DNA of 64,000 nucleotides from an uncultured Chloroflexia bacterium (GCA_963752475.1 CAVVYR010000006.1:1-64000); one strand, 5' to 3'. Counted from the first letter of the stretch, positions 20,073 through 30,496 are shown. Numbers and translations are program-made. Notes: generated by a model from the sequence alone, not told the origin.

Positions 20073-20877
20073 ATGCCCACACGTTCGGTCGAGCTCATCA
20101 AGCACCCCATGCGCGTGCGCACGCTCGAGGTCAGGACCATCAAGCGGCCCGGTCCGCTATACCAGCTGCTCACGCTGGGCGGTGACGATCTGGCCGACTT
20201 CCAGACGCTGAGCCCGACCGACCACGTCGGACTGGTGCCGCCGACCGAGAACGGCCTGATCCTGCCCGAGGTCGTCGACGACCGGCTGCGCTGGCCCGAC
20301 GGCGACCGACCTCCGATGCGCGAGTACACCGTGCGCCGCTTCGACCCCGACGCCCGAGAGCTCGACGTGCGCGTCCTGCTCCACGGCAACGGCCCGGTCG
20401 CTCGCTGGGCGGCCGACGCCGCAGGTCGGCGACCAGGTCGGCATCACCGGCCCTCGAGCCTCCAAGGTCATGCCCGACGGCTTCGCCAACTACCTGCTCG
20501 TCGGTGACCTCACCGCGGTCCCGGCCATCGCCCGCTGGCTCAGCGAGCTGCCCGACGGTGCCATGGCCCAGGTGCTCATCGCCGCCCACACCGACGACGA
20601 TGTCATCGAGCTCAAGTGCGCCCAGCCGATCTGGGTGCTGTGGCTGACCCACCTCTCGATCCCGGAGGCCGACCACCTCCCGCTCGCACTCGAGCAGCTG
20701 AAGCTCTACTCCGAGGACACGTTCGCCTGGGCCGCCGGCGAGGCCGTGGCCATGAAGGAGGTCCGTCGCGTGCTCCTCGAGCAGCACGGCCTGCCCAAGG
20801 AGAACGTCAAGGTCACCGGCTACTGGCGCCGTGAGCAGCCCGACTTCGACTACGACGCCCCGCTCTCGCCCGACTGA
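20073..20877 (+). CDS. Siderophore-interacting protein, frameshift near 20420
   Basis: DHVGL, REYTVRRFD, HGNGP, GDLTAVPA, WAAGE and TGYWR motifs split across two frames. Confidence 0.85.
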
Positions 20878-20913
20878 TCTCGGCAGACTTCGGCCGACTG
20901 ATGCTGCCGCCGG

Positions 20914-22062
20914 CTACCCGTCCGCGACCACGCGATAGATGTAGCCGCCCTTGTCGTCCGAGACGTAGAGCGCACCGTCAGCGCCGACGGTGACGCCCGC
21001 TGGCCGCCCGCTGGCATCGCCCGTCTCGGGATCGAGGAACCCACCGATGAGCGTCACCGGCGGACCCGAAGGCCCGTCGTCCCAGGGCAGCCACCAGACC
21101 TCGTAGCCGACCTTCTCCGAGCGGTTCCAGGAACCGTGGAAGGCGATGACCGCGCCGTCATCCCAGAAGGTGATGCCGAGCGGCGCCATGTGGGCCTGGA
21201 ACTTCGCGTCCGGCGGGACCACGCCCTCGCAGCCCACGAGGCCGGTCCGCGGATCGGGCTCGTCCCCGAAGTCGGGATCGACGATGTCGCCAGCGTGGCA
21301 TCGCGGCCAGCCGGCATCGGCGCCGTCGACCACGCGGTAGAGCGTCTCCGGCGGCACGTCGTCACCCATCAGGTCGCGGCCGTTCACGGTGGCCCAGGCC
21401 GTGCCGGTCGCCGGGTCGACCGCCACCCCCACGGCGTTGCGGAGTCCGCGCATGAGTACCCGCCACTCGCCCCCTTCGGGCGGGGCCGTGATGATCGAAG
21501 CTCGCTCCTCGTCCTCCTCCCAGCACACGTTGCAGCTCGAACCGTGGCTGACGAGCAGGTCGCCGTCGGGCTCGATGGCGATCGTGCGCGTGGAGTGCTG
21601 GCCGCTCGGCGCGTAGTCGGAGGATCTCATCGCGCCCGGCTTCGGTCCGTGCCTCGTCGAGCGTCAGTCGGAAGAGCGTGCCGCTGCCCGCGACCAGCAG
21701 CGATCCGTCAGGGGCAAAGGCGAGCGAGTGCGCCACGTCGTAGTCTCGCCCGACCTCGATGACCTCGTCCGCTCGACCGTCACCGTCAGCATCCGGGAGC
21801 GCCACGACGCGGTTCTCGCCGGCTCGGCCACGAAGAGCGTGCCGTCGGGCGCCACGGCCATGAAGCGCGGGTGGTCGAGCCCCGAGGCGAAGACGCCGGC
21901 GCTGTAGCCCTCGGCCAGCACCAGCTCGGTCTCGCCGGCAGCGCCCCGGTCCAGGTTGATCCCAACCGCCCGGAGCAGCGGCTCACGGAAGAGATACGCC
22001 GCACCGAGCAGCACCACGACCACGACGATCGCGAAGAGCCCGAGCCGAAGGACCCGCGTCAT
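20914..22062 (-). CDS. Glucose/sorbosone dehydrogenase family (PQQ-type), two frameshifts
   Basis: GLDHPRF, HSTR, GSSCNVC, GLRNAVG, HMAPLG, FHGSWNR and GRPAG..DGALYVSDD across three ORFs. Confidence 0.85.
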
Positions 22063-22069
22063 CCCGCGG

Positions 22070-22393
22070 TCAGCCGCTGTGCTTGAGCAAGTGCAGCAGC
22101 AGCACCACCGGAGTCTTGGCTACCACGCTGTGTGGCGTGTTCGCGGGCATGTGCATCCAGGTCCCGGCCGGGGCCTCGACCGAATCGTCTCCGAGCGTGA
22201 TGGTGGCCTCACCCTCGACCACCTCCAGCGTCACCGGCCACGGGGCGGTGTGGTCGGAGAGCTGCTGGCCCGGAGCGAACGAGAAGTGGACCACGCGCAC
22301 GTCGTCGTCGTTGTAGATGGCTCGGCTGACGATGCCGTCATCGGGCGTCTCGACCGGAGCGCGCAGGTCGACGATGGTGGTGGAGTCGGACAT
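22070..22393 (-). CDS. Cupin domain protein
   Basis: FAPGQQLSDHTA..EGE..MPANTPHS. Confidence 0.9.
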   Translation of the reverse strand: MSDSTTIVDLRAPVETPDDGIVSRAIYNDDDVRVVHFSFAPGQQLSDHTAPWPVTLEVVEGEATITLGDDSVEAPAGTWMHMPANTPHSVVAKTPVVLLLHLLKHSG

Positions 22394-22460
22394 CAGGGGT
22401 CTCCTTCTCGTTGGCGGTCGTAGCTGGCGAGGGCGGCGATGAGCGTCCGGCGTGACTCGC

Positions 22461-22928
22461 TCACCGTAGCCGCTTCTCCATCCAGTGGGTCGCGAACGGC
22501 TCACGGTTGAAGGGCGGCACCTCGATGTAGCCGCGTGCCCGATACATGCGCACCGCAGCACTCAGCCGGCCGTTGCTGTCGAGTCGTGTCCGCTCGCAGC
22601 CCTCGGCGAAGGCTGCGGACTCGAGCGCATCGAGCAGCCGACCGCCCAGGCCGCGCCCGCGAGCCTCCTTCGCGATCCACATGCGCTTGATCTCACCGAT
22701 CCCGCCTTCGAGCAGCTTCACGGCGCCACAACCGACGGCCGGTCCGACCTCGCCCCGACGCACGATCAGCACCAGGCCGTGCGGTCGCGTCAGGTCATCG
22801 ACAGCCAACGGCAGCGCCTCATCCGACTTGTAGCCGAACAACGCGCCGAGCTCGCTGTAGTACTGCTCGAAGCACCAGCGGACGTCGTCACTGTCGGCCG
22901 GCTCCTCGCGGAACACGAAACGGTCCAT
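22461..22928 (-). CDS. GNAT acetyltransferase
   Basis: EIKRMW..ARGRGLG..MYRARGY. Confidence 0.9.
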   Translation of the reverse strand: MDRFVFREEPADSDDVRWCFEQYYSELGALFGYKSDEALPLAVDDLTRPHGLVLIVRRGEVGPAVGCGAVKLLEGGIGEIKRMWIAKEARGRGLGGRLLDALESAAFAEGCERTRLDSNGRLSAAVRMYRARGYIEVPPFNREPFATHWMEKRLR

Positions 22929-22968
22929 GCACCGTGAGTATCGCCGTTCTGCGCCGTACCATCGCAGG

Positions 22969-24900
22969 ATGAGCGAACCGCAGACACTGCCCTACGGCTC
23001 TTGGCCGTCTCCCATCAACATCGACCTCGCCGTCGGCTCATCACGCGGACTGTCGGAACCCCGCCAGGACGGAGATGACATCTACGTGCTCGAGTCACGT
23101 CCAGAGGAGAAGGGTCGCGTCGTGCTGCTGCGTCGGACTCCCGACGGCGAGCTGGCCGACATGGCGCCCGGACTCAACGTGCGCACGCGCGTGCACGAGT
23201 ACGGCGGCGGCGCCTACACCGTGACCGACGGTGTCATCGCCTTCAGCGAGTTCGACGACAACCGGCTGCTGCTCAAGGGTTCGCCTTCGGCCGAGCCGAC
23301 CGAGCTGGTGACTGACCCTGCGCTGCGCTTCGCCGACATGGCACTCGACCTCGTGCGCGACCGCGTCTACGCGGTGATGGAGGACCAGACCGATTCGGCC
23401 ATCGAGGCGCGCAACCTGCTCGTGGCCGTCTCGCTGGCCGACGGCTCGATCACCGAGCTGGCCAGCGGCCACGACTTCTACTCGGACCCCGTCCTGTCTC
23501 CCGATGGCGCACGACTCGCGTTCCTCACCTGGGACTTCCCTCGCATGCCCTGGGACGGCACCGACCTGTGGGTGGCTGAGATCGCGGACGACGGTTCGCT
23601 GAGCGAGCCGGTCCACGTCGACGGCGGTGCGACCGAGTCGATCTGCCAGCCCAAGTGGTCGCCCGACGGCTCGCTCGTCTACGCCTCCGACAGCAGCGAC
23701 TGGTGGAACCTCTACCGCTGGCGCGTGGGCGCTTCGGGCGCCTCGGAGATCGCGCCCATGGAGGCCGAGGTCGGCGGTCCGCAGTGGGTCTTCGGCCTGT
23801 CGGAGTACGACATCGACGCTGACGACACCATCTACGCCTTCGCCCACGGCCCTGATGGCGCACGGCTGCTGGCGCTGGGTCAGTCCACCGCACCGCGCGA
23901 GATCGAGTTCGAGGAGAACGGGCTCTCCTACGTGCGCGTGTCGGACGGCGTGCTCACGGCGCTCGCCGGTTCGTTCACTCGGCCGACCGCGCTGGTGCGC
24001 ATCGATCTCGCCAGTGGGGCCGAAGAGCGGCTGCTGCAGGCTAACGAGCTGACCATCGACGAGGCCTACCTCTCGACGCCACGGCACGTGGCTTACCCGA
24101 CGTCGGGCGACCGCACCGCCTACGGCTGGTACTACCCGCCGACGAACCCGGATGTCGTCGCGCCCGCAGGCACGGCGCCGCCGCTGGTGGTCATGCTCCA
24201 CGGTGGCCCCACCAGCCAGGCGCGGACCTCGCTGAGCCTGCAGCGGCAGGCCTTCACCAGTCGCGGCTTCGCCGTGATGGACGTCGACTACGGTGGCTCC
24301 ACCGGCTACGGCCGAGCTTTCCGCGATCAGCTGCGAGAGCAGTGGGGTGTCGTCGACGTGGACGACTGTGCCGCGGCTGCGACCTGGTTGGCAGAGCAGG
24401 GGCTGGCCGACCCGGAGCAGCTGGCCATCCGCGGCGGCAGCGCAGGCGGCTACACCACGCTGGCCGCGCTCTGCTTCAAGGACGTCTTCGGCGCCGGCAA
24501 CTCGTTCTACGGCCTCGGCGACCTGGAGGCCTTCGTCGACATCACCCACAAGTTCGAGTCGCGCTACATGGACTATCTCATCGGGCCCTATCCCGAGACC
24601 GCCGAGCGGTACCGCGAGCGCTCACCCAACCACTACAGCGATCGCATCAGCTGCCCGGTGCTGGTGATGCAGGGCGCCGACGACAAGGTCGTGCCACCGT
24701 CCCAGGCCGAGGGCATCGTGCGGGCGTTGCAGCAGAACGGGCTGCCGCACGCATACCTCCTTTTCGAGGGGGAGGGGCACGGATTCCGAATGGCCCCGAA
24801 CCAGCAGCGGGCGCTGGAGGCGGAGCTCTCCTTCTACGCGCAGGTCTTCGGCTTCGAGCTGGCGGATGACTTCGAACCACTCGAGGTCACCGGTCTGTAG
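22969..24900 (+). CDS. S9 prolyl oligopeptidase family peptidase
   Basis: PYGSWPSP, HGGPT, GGSAGG, DKVV and EGHGF motifs. Confidence 0.95.
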   Translation: MSEPQTLPYGSWPSPINIDLAVGSSRGLSEPRQDGDDIYVLESRPEEKGRVVLLRRTPDGELADMAPGLNVRTRVHEYGGGAYTVTDGVIAFSEFDDNRLLLKGSPSAEPTELVTDPALRFADMALDLVRDRVYAVMEDQTDSAIEARNLLVAVSLADGSITELASGHDFYSDPVLSPDGARLAFLTWDFPRMPWDGTDLWVAEIADDGSLSEPVHVDGGATESICQPKWSPDGSLVYASDSSDWWNLYRWRVGASGASEIAPMEAEVGGPQWVFGLSEYDIDADDTIYAFAHGPDGARLLALGQSTAPREIEFEENGLSYVRVSDGVLTALAGSFTRPTALVRIDLASGAEERLLQANELTIDEAYLSTPRHVAYPTSGDRTAYGWYYPPTNPDVVAPAGTAPPLVVMLHGGPTSQARTSLSLQRQAFTSRGFAVMDVDYGGSTGYGRAFRDQLREQWGVVDVDDCAAAATWLAEQGLADPEQLAIRGGSAGGYTTLAALCFKDVFGAGNSFYGLGDLEAFVDITHKFESRYMDYLIGPYPETAERYRERSPNHYSDRISCPVLVMQGADDKVVPPSQAEGIVRALQQNGLPHAYLLFEGEGHGFRMAPNQQRALEAELSFYAQVFGFELADDFEPLEVTGL

Positions 24901-25113
24901 CGTTCGATGGCTCGCGCCGGCCGCTCATCACATGGAGGCTGAACTCGACGCGTCGACGCTCGAAGTGCCCGTTCTCAGCCGCACGGAGCCTGATGCTGAC
25001 GATCTCAGCCTGACCGGGGCTGAGAGGCGACAGTCGCCGTGCCGACCGGCCCAGTTCAGCCAGCAGGGGATGGGCGTTCGCTCTCGTCGCTCATGGCCCG
25101 CCAGACAAGGGAA

Positions 25114-25144
25114 GACGGCCGCCGGAAGGGGGCCGGCGGCCGTC
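25114..25144. terminator. GC-rich hairpin between convergent genes
   Basis: GACGGCCGCCGG-aaggggg-CCGGCGGCCGTC. Confidence 0.65.
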
Positions 25145-25169
25145 GTTGACGAGGGGGTGAACTCGGGTT

Positions 25170-25860
25170 CTAGGCGTCGGTCGCGGCGGCGTCCTCGGTC
25201 GTCTCCTCGGCGGCGTCTTCGGTTTCCTCGGCGGCCTCCTCGGCCTCGACGTCTTCCTCGGCCGCGGCCGGCTTGACCACGATGCGGGAGGCGACGAACT
25301 CGGCATCGTCCTCCGCGTCAGACCTGACCACGACCTCGGTGCCCGGCCTCGATCTCGGTGGTCTCGATCTCCGTGGGGGCGAGACGCGTGCGGCTCAGAC
25401 CACGCCGGCTGGTGATCTCCTGCTCCTCGAAGGCGACGGCCTCGGTGTCATCGTCGATGACGACGGTGACGGTCTCGCCGCTCGCGAGCGAGAAGCTCAG
25501 GCTCTCAGCGGCGGCGCTGTCCACGACGCCCTGCTCGACGCGCATGGTGGTGATGCCGTCAGCGGTCTGGACGGTGCGCTCGGTGCGCTCGACGTCGGCA
25601 TCGAGACCGCGCATGCCGCCGCCCATGCCGCGATCGCCCATGCCGCGATCGCCCATGCCACGAGCGCGCATCTCGCCGCCCATGCCGGGGCCACCCTTCA
25701 TGCCGCCCATGCCGGCCTTGGCGCCCATCTGCGGGCCGCCGCTCATGCCCCGGTCGTCGTTCCGATCACGTGGGCCGGCTGCCGCGACCGCGGCGGTGCC
25801 GCCGATCACGAGCGCCAGCGTGGTGCCGACGACAGCGGTGGTGCGAGTGGTCTTGTTCAT
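25170..25860 (-). CDS. Exported protein with a Gly/Met-rich region and acidic tail, frameshift near 25340
   Basis: Signal peptide and GMGDR repeats. The reading continues as EVVVRSDAEDD..AAATDA* in another frame. Confidence 0.7.
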
Positions 25861-26002
25861 GTCGTTCCTGACCTCAGGTTCTGCCCGACGGCGCCAGGAG
25901 AGTGCGCCGGTCCACCGTTCGGTGTGACGCAATGAACGATGGAAGTCCAACGTACGTCGCACCACGGGGCGGTGTAATCGTGGCGTAAGGCCGTGCCGAA
26001 AC

Positions 26003-28404
26003 GCGGTGCGCAGTTGGCGTCGGGAAAGTCCGTGTAACGTCAACACAAGTGAATTGAGCTGTGTTGGGGTTACATCGCCGGACCATCCCTTGGCAGCCGC
26101 CCTTGTCGAAGAGCCCTGGGGTGCCGGACACCTGCTGTCCTAGTGCCATGTGGCCTGTTGACTAGCGATGGGAAGGTCTCGATATCCGCATCCCCGCTGA
26201 ACGACGCGCGCGCTTGCGCCAACGCTGGTCGAGGCCACGCAGGGAACGCACGGCGCGGAGGTGGACCCTGGCGTCGGCGCGGGCCTGTTCCAGGGCGATG
26301 AGTTGGTCGGTGAGGGCGGCGGTATCCATGCCGCACCGTCGGCCGAAGGACGTCTGCCGTCAATCGCGCTCTGGCGGATCGAGCGTGTCGATCATCACCT
26401 CCCAGGTGTAGACGTCGCTGTCGCCGCAGTGGGAATAGGTCGTGCCCGACAGCGTCGTGCCGTCGAAGGAGAAGGTATCGCGGTCACAGTCGCTCTTGGG
26501 CGTGAACGTGAGCGGGCTCTCGGTATACGCCCCCCGGGACAGCCAGGCGAAGCCCTCGTCGCCGCCGCAGGCGAACCGGCTGCCTTCGAGGTGGTGCCAG
26601 CTATCGCCCCCGTAGGTGACGGAATACTCCCGACCGTCTATCTCGAGCGTGGCCGAGCCGTCGAACGGGCACACCAGCTCGGTCTTGCCCTCCTCGTCGG
26701 GGTCGAGGCCGAAGAGCGTGTGCACCAGCCGCGCGGTCCCGCTGGGGGTAGCATCGGAGGCCTCGATCCGCGCGCGGAACGTGGCGCCGGCGTCCTTGGC
26801 GATGGCCACGATGCGGACCTCGCCGATGTCGGACCCCTCGATGATGGGCTCGATGACGAGCTCGGCACCACCGTCGTGCTCGATGATGGGCCCGCCGTCG
26901 ATGCGGAACATGAAGGGCGGTCCGGGCTCGATGGTCAGTTTCGCCGGCTTGGCGGGCGGGTACGTGCCCTCCCAGGCAGCGTAGCGCGAACCGCTCACGA
27001 CCGTGAGGGCATAGACGCTGTTCGCCTGCATGACCGCCTTGACCGTGCCGGCGGCGCGATCGATCTGCGGCTTGTCGTTGTTGCCCAACAGGCGCATGCC
27101 ATCGCCGGCCTTGCCGTTCCGCTCGGCGACGATGCCGATGAAGTCACCGAACCAGATGCCTGACTCGATGGGCGCGACGATGCCGAAGCCGGGGAGCGAC
27201 CCGGTCAGCAGGTACTCGGCGTATTCCCTGATGGCGGCACGGAAGCGTTGCGGCCAGCCTGTCGCGTAGACGATGAAGGTGCCCTTGTTCACTGCCTGCA
27301 CGAAGTCCGCGACCGTCATCGTCGGATCGGACGCATACATCGAGGCCAGCAGGCGTTGGGCGTGCTGGTAGAACTCGTCTGCCGGCCACTGGTTCGGACC
27401 GAGCTGGCTGACGTTGCGTGATCCATAGGTCGAGCGGCCGTAGAGGTGCGCGTTGCGTGGCGCGCCGGCGGGTTCGATGAGGAACGTAGCGACCTCGGCG
27501 GTCGTCTCCATCCACCAGGTGTCGGCACCATTGGTCGCAGCGAGGCCCATGAAGTAGTGCTCGTCCTGGATCCAGTGGAACAGCTCGTGCCACAGTTCCA
27601 TGCGCGCCGAGAGCGAGGGCCCGGCCTCGGAGCCGGCCAGCTGTTTCGCCGCACCCTCGCCGAGATAGACGACGCCGCTCTTCCAGCTGTAGTACGGGTC
27701 CCCGTCGCCGGGCTCGATGGCGATGACGAGCGGGTTCTTCTTGCCGATGGCCGCAGCCGTGAAGCCGAGGGTGCGATACCGATGCATGCCCTCCCAGCCC
27801 GCGCGGATGACCTCGCGCACCGCGGCCGGTGTGGCCTTGGACTTGCCGAAGACGACCCGTACCGAGCCGTCGGATGCCTGGAGGCAGTCCTTGCGCTTGC
27901 CCTTGCCCGACACCTTGGGACACTTCTTCGCCTTCCAGCCGGGGTTGTCAGGGGAGTAGCTGATCGGCGGCGCGCCCTCCATCACGAGGGGCTCGTCGGC
28001 TGCGGCCGGCTCGGCCCCGACGGCGGACAGGCTGGTCACGACCATGGCCGTGATGGTGAGTAGAAGACTGGTCGTCCGGCGGTACGCGCGCATCGATGAG
28101 ACCCCCATATGTCATCCCGCGTCGGCAGGATGCGCTGTGATCGCTGCGACAAGTATCGGCCGGGGCCGATCCGGCGGCAAGATGTCCACGTCCGCACTGT
28201 GCCGGCCTCTGACTGTTCGGTTTCTTCGCTTTGGGCGGATCCTTGGATCCCAGGATGACCGCAGCCCTGGAGATGCCCCCCTGAGCTTTCCAAGCTTCCC
28301 TACGCGAGTCGCGCCGCGCGTGAGGCCATCCATGTAACCCCAACACAACTCAATTCACTTGAGTTGGGGTTACACCGACTTCCCCGACGCAGAATGCGCA
28401 CCCC
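26003..28404. mobile_element. Candidate non-autonomous cassette with ~73-bp imperfect terminal inverted repeats
   Basis: 26003-26075 is approximately the reverse complement of 28332-28404. GCCGAAAC flanks both ends (25995-26002 and 28405-28412). Confidence 0.55.
26360..28108 (-). CDS. Secreted HExxH (gluzincin-like) metalloprotease-like protein
   Basis: Signal peptide, HELFH plus downstream WWME..AE, and Cys-containing C-terminal domains. Confidence 0.7.
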   Translation of the reverse strand: MGVSSMRAYRRTTSLLLTITAMVVTSLSAVGAEPAAADEPLVMEGAPPISYSPDNPGWKAKKCPKVSGKGKRKDCLQASDGSVRVVFGKSKATPAAVREVIRAGWEGMHRYRTLGFTAAAIGKKNPLVIAIEPGDGDPYYSWKSGVVYLGEGAAKQLAGSEAGPSLSARMELWHELFHWIQDEHYFMGLAATNGADTWWMETTAEVATFLIEPAGAPRNAHLYGRSTYGSRNVSQLGPNQWPADEFYQHAQRLLASMYASDPTMTVADFVQAVNKGTFIVYATGWPQRFRAAIREYAEYLLTGSLPGFGIVAPIESGIWFGDFIGIVAERNGKAGDGMRLLGNNDKPQIDRAAGTVKAVMQANSVYALTVVSGSRYAAWEGTYPPAKPAKLTIEPGPPFMFRIDGGPIIEHDGGAELVIEPIIEGSDIGEVRIVAIAKDAGATFRARIEASDATPSGTARLVHTLFGLDPDEEGKTELVCPFDGSATLEIDGREYSVTYGGDSWHHLEGSRFACGGDEGFAWLSRGAYTESPLTFTPKSDCDRDTFSFDGTTLSGTTYSHCGDSDVYTWEVMIDTLDPPERD

Positions 28405-28447
28405 GCCGAAACGCCCGGAGGCGGGGTTGGCCACGGTTGGAGCCATG

Positions 28448-28456
28448 TGCTATAGT
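28448..28456 (+). promoter_or_regulatory. Extended -10 promoter of tRNA-Met
   Basis: TGcTATAGT, 5 bp before the tRNA. Confidence 0.6.
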
Positions 28457-28461
28457 TTTTC

Positions 28462-28536
28462 GGCGAGGTGGAGCAGTGGTAGCTCATCGGGCTCATAACC
28501 CGAAGGTCGGCGGTTCGAATCCGTCCCTCGCAACCA
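28462..28536 (+). tRNA. tRNA-Met(CAT), initiator type
   Basis: Cloverleaf fold; anticodon arm TCGGG-CTCATAA-CCCGA with three G-C pairs, A11-U24, unpaired 1:72 and encoded CCA. Confidence 0.95.
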
Positions 28537-28553
28537 ACGATTTCTGACGTGAG

Positions 28554-28587
28554 AACCCCGGGTCCCGCCCCCGGGGTTTTCCTTTTT
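28554..28587 (+). terminator. Intrinsic terminator
   Basis: AACCCCGGG/CCCGGGGTT stem followed by a T-rich tail. Confidence 0.8.
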
Positions 28588-28650
28588 CCTCCTGTTTCGG
28601 GCACTTCGTCCCATGCGGCGTATTCGGGTGGGACGTACTCTCTGGGCACG

Positions 28651-30012
28651 ATGACACGACGCACTTCCCTCTTCCTGATCCTGTCCGTCCTCCTCGCCCT
28701 GCTCGCGACACCCGTCGTCGCGCAAGAGGAGGCCACGCCCGAAGCCGAGGTCACGGCTGCGCCCACCGCGGCTGCCGAATCCGAAGCGACCGAGCCCGAA
28801 GCGGCCGAGCCCGAAGCGGCCGAGACGCCCGAGGGCCAGGCCGAAGCCGACGAACCCGTCGCGCCCGCCGCGATCCTCGCTGCCGACGGGCCGTTCGCCC
28901 AGGCCGTCTTCTACTTCTCACCGACGTGCGGCCACTGTGAGTACGTCATCACCAACACGCTCCCCGGCCTCTTCGCTGACAACGGCGGCGATTACGCGGT
29001 CACCTACGACGAGACCGTCCTGCCCGATCAGCCGTCGTTCTACCTCATGAGCAACGGCGCGCTACAGCTGCTCATGGTCGATACCTCTACCGCTGCCGGC
29101 AACGAGATGTTCAGCGAGGACACCGACCGTCTCGGCATCGACTCGCCCGGCGTGCCGCGTCTGAGCTTCAACAACGAGGACTACCTCGTCGGATCCGGTG
29201 ATATCCCGGACCTGTTCCCCGGTGTCGTGGCCGACAGCCTGGCCGCGGACGGCATGGGCTGGCCGCCGGTCCCAGGGATCGATGAGGCGCTCGCGCCGTT
29301 CATCGAGGAGGGCTCTGTGGTCGACCCCGACGCCGAGGCGAGCGAGGCTTCCGAGGAAGCTGGCGACGAGGTCGATGAGGCTTTGGCGGTGCTTCCGCTC
29401 GGCGGTGGCGACGAGGGCTGGACCGACCGCTTCGGCAACGATGTCGTCGGCAACAGCATCTCGGTGGTGGTGCTGGCCCTGCTGCTTCTGACCGCCATCG
29501 CGGCGCCCATCCTGGCCATCCGCGGCTCACTGCCCAGCTTCCCCGGCTGGGTCGTGATCGTGCTGGCCGTGATCGGCATCGGGGTCGCGGCCTACCTGGC
29601 CAACGTGGAGACCACCGGCAGCGCCGCCGTCTGTGGTCCGGTCGGTGATTGCAACGCGGTCCAGCAGAGCGAGTACGCCAAGCTCTTCGGTATCCCCATC
29701 GGGGTCCTGGGCGTCCTCGGCTACGCTGCCATCGGTGGGCTCTGGATCGTCTCTCGGGTGGCCAAGGGCACCGCGGCCGACGCCTCGACCGTGCTCATCG
29801 GCATGGGCGCCTGGATCGGCACGCTCTTCTCCGTCTACCTTACGTTCCTGGAGCCCTTCGTCATCGGTGCCACCTGCATGTGGTGCATCACGTCGGCGGT
29901 GGTGATGATGGCGCTGCTGTGGGTCTCCGCCGGGCCGGCCATCGAAGCGTGGCACCGCCTGCGCGGCGACCCGACCCAGCCCGCAGCGGCGGCGCCCAGC
30001 CTTCGCGCCTAG
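28651..30012 (+). CDS. Thioredoxin-like (CGHC)-VKOR fusion protein
   Basis: Signal peptide, SPTCGHC, VKOR loop cysteines CGPVGDC..SEY and CMWC. Confidence 0.85.
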   Translation: MTRRTSLFLILSVLLALLATPVVAQEEATPEAEVTAAPTAAAESEATEPEAAEPEAAETPEGQAEADEPVAPAAILAADGPFAQAVFYFSPTCGHCEYVITNTLPGLFADNGGDYAVTYDETVLPDQPSFYLMSNGALQLLMVDTSTAAGNEMFSEDTDRLGIDSPGVPRLSFNNEDYLVGSGDIPDLFPGVVADSLAADGMGWPPVPGIDEALAPFIEEGSVVDPDAEASEASEEAGDEVDEALAVLPLGGGDEGWTDRFGNDVVGNSISVVVLALLLLTAIAAPILAIRGSLPSFPGWVVIVLAVIGIGVAAYLANVETTGSAAVCGPVGDCNAVQQSEYAKLFGIPIGVLGVLGYAAIGGLWIVSRVAKGTAADASTVLIGMGAWIGTLFSVYLTFLEPFVIGATCMWCITSAVVMMALLWVSAGPAIEAWHRLRGDPTQPAAAAPSLRA

Positions 30013-30027
30013 CCCCAGCGCCTAGCG

Positions 30028-30060
30028 CTAACGGCGCCAGAAGTCGAAGCGATCCTTCCC
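30028..30060 (-). repeat. Duplicate of the PHP gene 3' end
   Basis: 31/33 identical to 30887-30919; both encode GKDRFDFWRR*. Confidence 0.85.
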
Positions 30061-30496
30061 GGGGGTCTCTTGCTGTCCGGCGAGTGGCTCAGTCGACGGG
30101 GCGTGGTCCCGGCTCTGCGGACAGTGGTGTGCGCCGTGGTGGTGCCCGCGCGTGCTCCAGCCGGTGCCGGATGGTCTGGGGATGTGTTGCTGTCAACAAC
30201 AAGCAAGACGGCGGTTCGTGCCTGGGTTCTCTCGGGCGGCGGAGTCGCTGGTGCCGCTGATGTGGCCACCTGTCGCTCCCGCCGACGCTAGGCATGCTCG
30301 TAGCCACCGAATCGAGGTAGAGGGGCCGAGTCCGGCCCGGCGCTGAGCGTGACCGGGCATGGCCAAGGCCGCGGACGCGCGGATCAGTGGCGCTTGAACG
30401 TGCGCTTGTGCGTCTACCGTCGACCCGGGCGACAACTGTCTACAGCGGACGGTCGGACGGGCCCGTAGCGTCGACGCCAGCGACGTCTGACTACAT

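Noticed and set aside
26033-26074. parS or dif site
   Set aside because: It matches neither consensus, and a second inverted copy lies 2.3 kb away.
28210-28310. Riboswitch upstream of the 582-aa gene
   Set aside because: Only a short GGGCATCT similarity to c-di-GMP-II is present; the other conserved segments are missing.
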